A stretch of 64,000 nt of DNA. It comes from Clostridia bacterium (lineage in GTDB: Bacteria; Bacillota; Clostridia; Christensenellales; CAG-138). This document shows positions 1 to 8,300 of the stretch, one piece after another (position 1 is the first letter of the stretch; the number at the start of each line of letters is the position of its first letter). The notes beneath the pieces are model-generated. The model made no database searches. It was not told the origin of the DNA and worked only from the letters and a program-made list of their open reading frames with translations. Made by a program: the position numbers and the translations under genes. The stretch covers positions 13,428 through 77,427 of the forward strand of contig JAFYJD010000009.1 in assembly GCA_017538255.1 (NCBI GenBank), read 5' to 3'.

Positions 1-361
1 AGGGCTCGACCTTCGCAGGGGTCTCGGCGTTCTTGGGCGCGGAGCCGCCGCGATTCTTCTCGGCGAGTTCCGCCAGTTCAAAAAACTTGCCCGTAACATG
101 CGCATAGCCCGCCTCGCTGTGGGGCAGGGTGCACTTTGAGCAATCCTTTATGCCTGTTTCGCTGTAGGTAAAGCCGCCGCCGCATTTATCGCCCAAAGCG
201 TACAGCGGACAGTAGCAGAAAAGGCAGTTGTGGAAGCCGTTTTCGGGCAGTTTGTGGCAGGGGAAGAACTCGCATTCCCTGTTCTGGAAATACGCGTAAT
301 GCGGCTGCCCCATATTCGGGAGTTTGGTGAGGTCGATTTTATGAAGTTTCTTTTCGGGCAT
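1..361 (-). CDS. Cysteine-rich small-domain protein, N-terminal part (gene runs off left edge)
   Basis: ATG at 361-359 with AAAGG upstream. Translation is MPEKKLHKIDL...ECEFFPCHKLPENGFHNCLFCYCPLYALGDKCGG, which fits the C..CH...NCxFCYCPLY pattern of the cysteine-rich small domain (PF04071-like). Absent from the ORF track because it is open at the edge. Confidence 0.6.
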   Translation of the reverse strand, partial: MPEKKLHKIDLTKLPNMGQPHYAYFQNRECEFFPCHKLPENGFHNCLFCYCPLYALGDKCGGGFTYSETGIKDCSKCTLPHSEAGYAHVTGKFFELAELAEKNRGGSAPKNAETPAKVEP

Positions 362-403
362 AGCAGGACCTTTCTTATCTAGTTAATAGTGAATAGTTAG
401 CGG

Positions 404-1330
404 TCATACCGCCAGCGCGTCCTCTCTATCCAGATACTCGCACGCGGCGATCGCGGCAACGCCGCCGTCCGCGCCGGCGGTAACGAGTTGGCGCACGGCC
501 TTGGTGCGGCAGTCGCCCGCAACGAACACGGCGGGGTTTTTGGTGCGGCAGCTTTCGTCCGCCGCGATAAAGCCGCTTTCATCGAGATCAACGAGCGATG
601 CGAACGCCGAATTGTTGGGCTCCTGACCGATCGCAACGAATACGCCGTCCGCTTCAAGCACGCGCGTTTCGCCCGTGAGTTTGTTTTCCACAATAAACTC
701 ACCGAGCGCGTTTTCTCCGCGCACGGCCTTCGGAACGCTGTTTAAAACAAGTTCGATGTTTTCGCAGGAGTTCAGCCCCGCGACAACGTGCTTCTCCGCG
801 CGGAACTCGTCGCGGCGATGAACAAGGTAGACCTTTTTTGCGAGTTTTGAAAGATATACGGCGTCCTGCACGGCGGTGTTGCCGCCGCCGACGACCGCAA
901 CGGTCTTGTCCTTAAAGAACGCGCCGTCGCAGACCGCGCAGAACGAGATGCCGCGGCCGATGAACTTTTCTTCGTTCTCGATGCCCATACGGCGGTGCTT
1001 GAGCCCGGTCGCGATGATTATCGAACGCGCGGTATGCTCGCCGTATTCGGTCTTTAAGGTAAAGGTCCTGTCGGGATTCTCGTGAACGGCGGTAACGGTG
1101 TCGACCTCGACCTCCGCGCCGAGATTCATAACCTGCTCAACAAGTATGTCGGACAGTTCCGTGCCGCTCATCGGCTTTGCAAAGGGATAGTTCTCCACGT
1201 GTGGCGAAAGCACTATCTGCCCGCCGAAGGTCTCCTTTTCTATCAAAAGCACGCTCCTGCCCGCGCGCCGCGCATAGATCGCGGCGGTGAGTCCAGCGGG
1301 ACCCGCGCCGACTATGATGATATCGTACAT
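404..1330 (-). CDS. trxB: Thioredoxin-disulfide reductase
   Basis: Starts MYDIIIVGAGPAGLTAAIYARRAG (FAD GxGxxG). Has the CAVCDG redox-active disulfide and a second GGGNTA NADPH motif. ATG at 1330 follows GGAGC; the longer track ORF start at 1390 lacks an RBS. Confidence 0.9.
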   Translation of the reverse strand: MYDIIIVGAGPAGLTAAIYARRAGRSVLLIEKETFGGQIVLSPHVENYPFAKPMSGTELSDILVEQVMNLGAEVEVDTVTAVHENPDRTFTLKTEYGEHTARSIIIATGLKHRRMGIENEEKFIGRGISFCAVCDGAFFKDKTVAVVGGGNTAVQDAVYLSKLAKKVYLVHRRDEFRAEKHVVAGLNSCENIELVLNSVPKAVRGENALGEFIVENKLTGETRVLEADGVFVAIGQEPNNSAFASLVDLDESGFIAADESCRTKNPAVFVAGDCRTKAVRQLVTAGADGGVAAIAACEYLDREDALAV

Positions 1331-1361
1331 AACTGCTCCTTTCGTGTTTAGGGTTTTATCC

Positions 1362-1406
1362 ATTATACACCGAACCGCAGTTCCCGTCAAAGGAAACTGC
1401 GGCTCG
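1362..1406 (-). promoter_or_regulatory. trxB promoter embedded in a long hairpin just after the nrdD stop
   Basis: Minus strand: TTGACG (1390-1385), 17 bp, TATAAT (1367-1362). The -35 lies in the loop of an inverted repeat ccgaaccgcagttcc/ggaaactgcggctcgg (about 1371-1406). No U-tract follows, so this is not a clean terminator. Confidence 0.45.
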
Positions 1407-1451
1407 GCTGGAAGGGTTTTTACATTTGGCTTACTGCCTATATCGAAAAGA

Positions 1452-3842
1452 TCATTCGTTAACGGCTTTTTCGCTCTGTTCGCGGATGAAGCGGTTTATG
1501 CCGCCCACGCCGGTGTAGGATTCAAAGATGCCGCCGCTTACAGCAACGAGGGTGGGCGCCTGATTGACGCCGAACTTCAGCGTGAGTTCGGTATTCTCCT
1601 CGGCGTCGACGGTATCGTAGGCAAGGCCCGCTTTGTCGAGCATCGCCTTTGCCGTCCTGCAGTTGGGGCAGGTCTTGGTGGTGAACAGAAGCAGTTTTTC
1701 GGGTTTGCCCGAGATATGGGCGTTTGCGGCCTCCGCTTTTTCGGCAAGGATGCGCTTGTGCTCTTCAAAGTCGAGCATCGTGTATTCCTTGCGCTCCTTG
1801 AACTCCTGCACCTTGCCGTCGTTCCAGTTCTGGATCGGGCGGTAGTAGCCGGTGATGCGGCTGTTGACCTCGGTTTTGGAGCCGCAATGCGGGCAGGTGT
1901 ACTGCTCGCCGGCGAGATAGCCGTGGTTGCGGCAGACAGAGTAGGTGGGGCTCATCGTGTAGTAGGGCAGATGATAGTTGTCGGCGATCTTGCGAACGAG
2001 GGTCGCCGCGCTCTCCCAACTGGGCAGTTTTTCGCCGAGGAAGGTGTGGAATACCGTGCCCGAGGTGTACAGGGTCTGCAATTCGTCCTGAATGTCAAGC
2101 GCCGCAAAGATATCCTCGCTGTAGCTTACGGGCAGGTGCGAACTGTTGGTATAGAAGGGGGTGCCGCCCTCCTCCGCCGCGGTGATGATCTCGGGGTAGT
2201 GCTTCGCGTCGTACTTGGCAAAGCGGTAGGCGGTGGACTCCGCGGGGGTCGCCTCGAGGTTGAACAGTTCGCCCTCGTATTTCTCCTGGTAGTCGGAGAG
2301 GCGGTCGCGCATATGGTTGAGCACGGTCTTGGTGAACTCCTGCGCCTTCTTGTCGGTAAGGTCGGCGCCGATCCACTTGGCGTTGAGACAGGCTTCGTTC
2401 ATACCCACGAGGCCGATCGTGGAGAAGTGGTTGTCAAACGAGCCGAGGTAGCGCTTAGTGTAGGGGTACAGACCCTCGTCAAGCAGGCGGGTGATGACGG
2501 TGCGCTTTACGTGCAGACTGCGCGCAGCAACGTCCATAAGGTGGTCAAGTTTTTTGTAGAACTCCGCTTCGTTCTCGGAAAGGAACGCAAGGCGGGGCAT
2601 ATTCAGCGTAACAACGCCGACGCTGCCGGTGCTTTCGCCGCTTCCGAAGAAGCCGCCGCTCTTTTTGCGCAGCTCGCGAAGGTCGAGCCTGAGGCGGCAG
2701 CACATCGAACGGATGTCGCTCGGCTTCATATCGCTGTTTACGTAGTTGGAGAAGTACGGCGTGCCGTATTTTGCGGTCATCTCAAACAGGAGCCTGTTGT
2801 TCTCGGTGGGAGACCAGTCAAAATCCTTGGTGATGGAGTAGGTGGGGATGGGGTACTGGAAGCCGCGGCCCTGCGCGTCGCCCTCGATCATCGTTTCGAT
2901 GAACGCCTTGTTGACCATATCCATCTCTTTTTTGCAGTCGCCGTAAGTGAAATCCATCTGCTTGCCGCCCACGATAGCGGGGCAGTCGCGCAGATCGTCG
3001 GGCACCGTCCAGTCAAGGGTGATGTTGGAGAACGGCGCCTGCGTGCCCCAGCGCGAGGGGGTGTTCACGCCGTAGACAAAACTCTCGATGCACTTTTTAA
3101 CGGCGTCGTAGTCCAGATTGTCGGTGCGTACAAAGGGCGCGAGGTAGGTGTCGAACGAGCTGAACGCCTGTGCGCCCGCCCATTCGTTCTGCATAATGCC
3201 GAGGAAGTTGACCATCTGGTTGCAGAGGGTGGAAAGATGCTTCGCGGGCGAGGATGAGATCTTGCCCGAAACGCCCGAAAGCCCCTCTTCGATGAGCTGG
3301 CGGAGCGACCAGCCGGCGCAGTAGCCGGTGAGCATCGAAAGGTCGTGGATATGGATGTCGCAGTTGCGGTGCGCGTTTGCGATCTCGTCGTCGTAGGCTT
3401 CGCTCAGCCAGTAGTTCGCGGTGATGGCGCCGCTGTTTGAAAGGATAAGGCCGCCGACGGAGTACGTTACGGTGGAGTTCTCCTTTACGCGCCAGTCGGT
3501 GACGTTGATGTACTTGTTGACGGTCTCGCGGTAGTCGAGCTCGGTCTTTTTGAGGTTGCGCAGTTTTTCTCTCTGGCGGCGGTATAGGATGTACGCCTTG
3601 GCAACATCCGCATAGCCGGACTGGCTCAAAACGGACTCGACGCTGTCCTGGATGTCCTCAACGGCGATCTGATCGTCCTTTACCTTGGCGGCAAAATCGG
3701 CGCTGACCTTGAGTGCGAGCAGGTCGAGTATGTCGGGATGACAGGGGGTGCCCTGCGCTTCGAACGCACGGCTCATTGCGTCTTTGATCTTGCCAAGGTC
3801 AAAATCAACAACGGAATCGTCTCTTTTAATAACGCGATACAT
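1452..3842 (-). CDS. nrdD: Anaerobic (class III) ribonucleoside-triphosphate reductase with C-terminal thioredoxin/glutaredoxin-like domain
   Basis: ATP-cone N-terminus MYRVIKRDDSVVDFDLGKIKDAM, C-terminal Zn site CPHCGS, glycyl-radical motif SRITGYYRP. An extra ~85 aa follows with a CPNC motif (LLLFTTKTCPNCRTAKAML...APTLV). ATG at 3842 is preceded by GAAGGAGAA. Confidence 0.92.
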   Translation of the reverse strand: MYRVIKRDDSVVDFDLGKIKDAMSRAFEAQGTPCHPDILDLLALKVSADFAAKVKDDQIAVEDIQDSVESVLSQSGYADVAKAYILYRRQREKLRNLKKTELDYRETVNKYINVTDWRVKENSTVTYSVGGLILSNSGAITANYWLSEAYDDEIANAHRNCDIHIHDLSMLTGYCAGWSLRQLIEEGLSGVSGKISSSPAKHLSTLCNQMVNFLGIMQNEWAGAQAFSSFDTYLAPFVRTDNLDYDAVKKCIESFVYGVNTPSRWGTQAPFSNITLDWTVPDDLRDCPAIVGGKQMDFTYGDCKKEMDMVNKAFIETMIEGDAQGRGFQYPIPTYSITKDFDWSPTENNRLLFEMTAKYGTPYFSNYVNSDMKPSDIRSMCCRLRLDLRELRKKSGGFFGSGESTGSVGVVTLNMPRLAFLSENEAEFYKKLDHLMDVAARSLHVKRTVITRLLDEGLYPYTKRYLGSFDNHFSTIGLVGMNEACLNAKWIGADLTDKKAQEFTKTVLNHMRDRLSDYQEKYEGELFNLEATPAESTAYRFAKYDAKHYPEIITAAEEGGTPFYTNSSHLPVSYSEDIFAALDIQDELQTLYTSGTVFHTFLGEKLPSWESAATLVRKIADNYHLPYYTMSPTYSVCRNHGYLAGEQYTCPHCGSKTEVNSRITGYYRPIQNWNDGKVQEFKERKEYTMLDFEEHKRILAEKAEAANAHISGKPEKLLLFTTKTCPNCRTAKAMLDKAGLAYDTVDAEENTELTLKFGVNQAPTLVAVSGGIFESYTGVGGINRFIREQSEKAVNE

Positions 3843-3911
3843 CTGGTATTCTCCTTCAAAAAAAGTATTTTTCGGACGCGGCACGGCACGCCCTAATTTA
3901 GTGTCGATACG

Positions 3912-3940
3912 ATTTTACCACAACATATTGTGGATTGCAA
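3912..3940 (-). promoter_or_regulatory. nrdD promoter with NrdR-box-like palindrome in the spacer
   Basis: Minus strand: TTGCAA (3940-3935), 17 bp, TAAAAT (3917-3912). The spacer is CCACAATATGTTGTGG (3933-3918), a near-perfect 16-bp palindrome resembling the NrdR box consensus acaCwAtATaTwgtgt. Confidence 0.55.
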
Positions 3941-4107
3941 GGGGTGCAAACAACAATTGATAGAAAAACGAAGATATATTTTTCGGCACCGTATCGGCGC
4001 GGACATTTTTAAAGAGGGCAGGGCGGACTTTGACACGTAAGCGCGATCGAATTAAAAATACATAAACGCGCTTTAATGATATAATGCGTTATATAAACAA
4101 AAAAACC

Positions 4108-4136
4108 TTGATTTTTTCAGCGGCGCGTGATACAAT
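4108..4136 (+). promoter_or_regulatory. Sigma-A-type promoter upstream of secG
   Basis: TTGATT (4108-4113), 17 bp, TACAAT (4131-4136) with TGa extended -10. Confidence 0.55.
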
Positions 4137-4171
4137 GCTCGGAGTAGTCAATTATTGAAAGGATGGTAATT

Positions 4172-4417
4172 ATGCCAGTCGTTACTCTTGTTATCAACAT
4201 CCTGCTGCTTGTTGCGGCAGTAATTCTCATCGCCGTTATCCTTATGCAGGACGCAAAGACCGCGGGTCTTGGCAGCGCATTCGGAAACGATACCACCGCT
4301 CTCGGCCGCAGCCGCAATCAAAAGGCTTCAAGAGAGGCCAAACTCCAGAAACTCACCATAATCCTCGCGATCATCGTGGGCGTTTTGGCGCTGGCGCTGC
4401 TCATCTTCAAGGCCTAA
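4172..4417 (+). CDS. secG: Preprotein translocase subunit SecG
   Basis: Small two-TM protein MPVVTLVINILLLVAAVILIAVILMQDAKTAGLGSAFG, the typical SecG signature. ATG at 4172 sits 8 nt after GAAAGGA. Confidence 0.85.
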   Translation: MPVVTLVINILLLVAAVILIAVILMQDAKTAGLGSAFGNDTTALGRSRNQKASREAKLQKLTIILAIIVGVLALALLIFKA

Positions 4418-4514
4418 AAGTCGATATGATCGATCTTCGCGCGGCACCTGCCCCGTCGGGTGCTGCGTTTTTCGCTATAAATATAATAAGGAAGGTTTTT
4501 AAAAAATCGCGGAT

Positions 4515-4979
4515 ATGCCAATAAAACGCGGCGAAAAACAACTTGCCGAAAACCGCAAGGCGCGGCACGAATACTTCATCGAATCCACCTATGAATGCGG
4601 CCTCGTGCTCGTCGGCACCGAGGTCAAAAGCATCCGTATGGGCAAGGTGAACATAAAGGACGCATATGCCAAGGTCAAAAACGGAGAGGCGTTCATCGTA
4701 GGTATGCACGTAAGTCCGTACGAAATGGGTAATATCTTCAACCGCGATCCGTTCCGCGAGAGGAAACTGCTTCTGCATAAGCGTGAGATACAAAAACTCG
4801 GCGCTCTTGCACAGGCGGAGGGCTACAGCCTCATCCCGCTTCGGCTCTATCTTAAGGACGGTCGGGTAAAAATGGAACTCGCCGTCGCCAAGGGCAAAAA
4901 ACTCTACGATAAGCGCCACGCCATCGCCGAAAGGGACGCAAAGCGAGCCATCGACAGACGAAACAGCGACCTCGTATAA
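4515..4979 (+). CDS. smpB: SsrA-binding protein SmpB
   Basis: [16 protein letters not shown]...GTEVKSIR...MHVSPYE...[12 protein letters not shown]...[27 protein letters not shown] is a canonical SmpB sequence. Confidence 0.95.
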   Translation: MPIKRGEKQLAENRKARHEYFIESTYECGLVLVGTEVKSIRMGKVNIKDAYAKVKNGEAFIVGMHVSPYEMGNIFNRDPFRERKLLLHKREIQKLGALAQAEGYSLIPLRLYLKDGRVKMELAVAKGKKLYDKRHAIAERDAKRAIDRRNSDLV

Positions 4980-4999
4980 AACTAAAACAGAGCAAAAAA

Positions 5000-5032
5000 C
5001 AGGGAATGTTCGCCGCATTTCCTGCTTTTTTA
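5000..5032 (+). terminator. Rho-independent terminator after smpB
   Basis: Hairpin cagggaatg/catttcctg followed by TTTTTT. Confidence 0.7.
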
Positions 5033-5233
5033 TTGTCAGATGGCTTGAAAAACCGCGTTTTTCCATGCTGATACGCCGCCGGAGTGCACTTTATTTTGCG
5101 CACAGCACAAATAAAAATATAAAAAGAAAACCAATAATTGCATAAATGAGGCAAAAATATGTGCGGAAGGATAGGATGAGAGCTTTCGATACACAACATA
5201 GGAATTATTTATAGCGTATTGTTGCAATTTTTG

Positions 5234-5263
5234 TTGACAGGCACTGTATTTGTTTTGTATAAT
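5234..5263 (+). promoter_or_regulatory. Sigma-A-type promoter of the cohesin/dockerin gene
   Basis: TTGACA (5234-5239), 18 bp, TATAAT (5258-5263). A small hairpin ctgcgaa..ttcgcag lies in the leader. AGGAGG at 5327-5332. Confidence 0.65.
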
Positions 5264-5339
5264 CTATAGGATCAAGTAATCTGCGAAGTGCGTTTCGCAG
5301 AGCGTTAAAGTCCTTACTATACAGTCAGGAGGAAATGAG

Positions 5340-8300
5340 ATGAAACCACAAACTATAAAATTCAAACTTATAGCCGGTCTTCTCGCGTTGGCGATGATGC
5401 TGTCGCTAATCAGCGTGCCGACAATTGCCGAAAGAAGGGAGCCGATAAGGCCGCAGAGCCGGTCGGTGCAGTTCGTCGTAACCGCTCCGAGCAGGGTCGA
5501 ATGCGGTGAGCAGTTTAATGTTGTAGTAAGCATCAGCGGCTCATATCAGGCACACGGCTTAACGCTTAACTTCCCGTTTGACGAGGACGCGTTTGAGTTT
5601 GTCAGCGTTAGCAAGGGCGCAGTCCTTCGTAACGACGTGCAGGAGCACGGCGGACAGGCGCTGCTCTCCTATAGTTATAACTCTGCCGAGGGAAAGGAGA
5701 TACTGTCTCTTGGCGTTGCGATGACCGACGCCGCTCAGCCGATGACGATGGAGGGTGAACTGTTCACTCTTACGCTTATGGCAAAGACCGAAGCGGCAGA
5801 CGGCGCATATACTATGGCGCCCGATATCACCAAACTGGTCTATATGCCGTCTGTTACCGCAATTAACATCCCTTACACCGTGCTTCCGGCAACAGTTAGT
5901 ATCGGAATGATCAACGAGGCGGTGTTTAACGTTAGCACGCTAAACAATGTTGAACGTGGCGAGCAGTTCGATGTTGTAGTAAGCATCAGCGGCTCATATC
6001 AGATGCACGGCCTTGCGCTCAATTTCCCATTTGATGAGAACAATTTTGAGTATGTCGGCGTCAAAAAGGGCGCTGTACTCACAGACGATGCGCAGGCTCA
6101 AGGCGGAATGGTCAACCTCAGTTACGAATACAATGCGACGGCTAAAAAGAATCTGCTCGTTCTTGGCGTTGTTATGCCCAATCCCAATCGGCCGATGACG
6201 ATGACGGGCGAACTGTTCACGCTTACCCTTAAGGCAAAGACCGATGCGGCGAGCAACGCGTACACTATGGCGCCCGTTGTTACCGAGATGACCTATATAC
6301 CCGATTCGGAAGTACTGGATGTTGAACATAATGTGATCCCCGCAACAGTAACGGTAGGCTCCTTCCCCGAGATCGCTTACGAAGGCGCAAACGGCACGCG
6401 CATAGTGCTCGGCAAGGATGCATATCTCACAGAGGACGGCACCTATACCGTCGATCTTTCTGCATACGCCGTCGGTACCGAGATAGTCGCTCAAAATACG
6501 GCGACAGATATGGATCGCTTTTCCTCGATCACCGATAGGATCGGCGAAAACTTCGATCTGCCCGACGACTTTGCGGATAATCTTGACAACTATGTTGAGA
6601 TGTATCTCGCAATGGTCGACAGCGCTGCGATGAAGGCCGAGGGCAGCACGGATCTTACCGACGTCAAAAACTGGATCTTCAAAAATCCGGTCAAATATAA
6701 CGACGCGATAACCAAGATCGCAGCAGACGCCGATAATGCTGCGATTGAATCGCTGCTTTATCCTCAGACCGGCAGCTCTTTCCATCCCGGGATCAATTTC
6801 GACGCTTCCACAGGCAACGTTACAATACTCGGCTTCCGCTGGGATGAGATCGGTTGGAATTGCGGTATGTCCGGCACCGACTTCAACGGCAGACGGCTGA
6901 TCGTTCGCATCAAGGGACTGACAGCGAAGGAGAACACCGTTCCGGCGAACGATATACCCATCGACTTAAACGGATTCTCCGGTATGAAGCAAAACTGGCG
7001 GGACGCAATTCCCGCATCCTTAGAAACCGCTAATGGCAGCGAACTGCTGCTGTTTCCGGAGTCCACGGTCAAGATTCGTGAGAAGGGCATCGTTTATGAC
7101 TACGGCCTCAGGCTTGTTGGCAGCGATCTGACCGGATTCTTCGCCGAGGAGGGCTGCGCAAACGATGTACAGCGTCTTCTCAGCATCGACTATATGTACG
7201 AAGCCCAGCGCAAGCAAAATGCCGTTAACTATCACGGCACCTATCCTTACAGCGGCGCAAAGGGCAGGAATATCGACGGCGATCCCATCGTGTACGGCGA
7301 TGATATCTCCTACGAGGATGACGTATTCAAGATCGGCTTTATGATAAACGGCAATGAGATCGGGGAGCATACCCCGCAGCCTGCATACGGCGAAAATGCC
7401 GTCGTATGCTACTTCGAGCCCCATTCCGTCAGCCGCGGCGATCTCGCCGCTGCCGCGCTTCTGGAACTCACAGGCACCCAAACTGATGTATTCGGCAACG
7501 ATATCAAGAGGTACGAGTGGTGCAAACTGAACGTCATTCCCGCAAGCAACGTTCTCTACGAGGCGGAGCAGGGCGTTGACGATTCAAACCCCATCGTCCT
7601 CGGCAATAAGCGGGAAAAACTCGAAGGCAGTTTCGGCATCTTTTACTCCGGCAGGGAAAGATCGAACGGCAGTTGGGCGGCGACCGCGGCGTGGAGCGTT
7701 GACGGCGACGCGCTGACCGATTCCACTCAGGAGCACTATAACAGGCTCTACGGCTATGATCCCGTCTATAACGGTCAACTCGCGCAGTATGCAAGCGGCG
7801 CGGCGATGAAGGTCAATGTGGGCGAAACACTCTATCGCCTTGTCAATCAAGGAAACGCACAATGGCCCGTTGCCAAGTTTACATTCGAGGGCACAGGCTT
7901 TTCGTTCAACACCGTCTGTTCGCTTTATTCCGGCATTTTCGCGGTAGACGTCGTGCCCCACGGTCAGCCCGCAAGCACGGAAACGGGCGACGCCGGCACA
8001 TCCCTGCATACCTTTGTAAACACCCGCTACTACGGCGCGGCAGAGGAGAACTTCAACGAAACGGGTATTCTCACGATCGACGCGGATACGCTCTATCAAG
8101 TGCCCGTAATGCGTCACGCGAATATGGAATACGGCGTATACGACGTATACATCACCCCCGTTTACTACCCCGCGTGGGCGGAGATCCACGGCGGTTCCAA
8201 GGGCGCGGACACGCTCAAGGACGGGCAGATCATAACAGGTTTCCCGGGACTTGAAGCGAAAAACTATACCGTCGTGAATGCTGTCAATAACGGCGGCGCA

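Noticed and set aside
1287-3257. 656-aa ORF on the plus strand
   Set aside because: It is entirely antisense to nrdD, whose identity is unambiguous. The product is a low-complexity Ala/Gly/Val/Arg-rich sequence typical of shadow ORFs in GC-rich coding DNA.
3969-3985. Second NrdR-like palindrome CGAAGATATATTTTTCG
   Set aside because: Only the A/T centre matches the consensus and the arms do not. The spacing to the first box (~52 bp) is atypical. I kept it only as a remark.
4980-5339. Looked for tmRNA (ssrA) downstream of smpB, and for rnr between secG and smpB
   Set aside because: There is no GGGG...tRNA-like acceptor/T-arm (GGTTCGA..CCA) and no tag-reading-frame structure. The region holds only a terminator and the promoter and leader of the next gene. 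ssrA and rnr must lie elsewhere.
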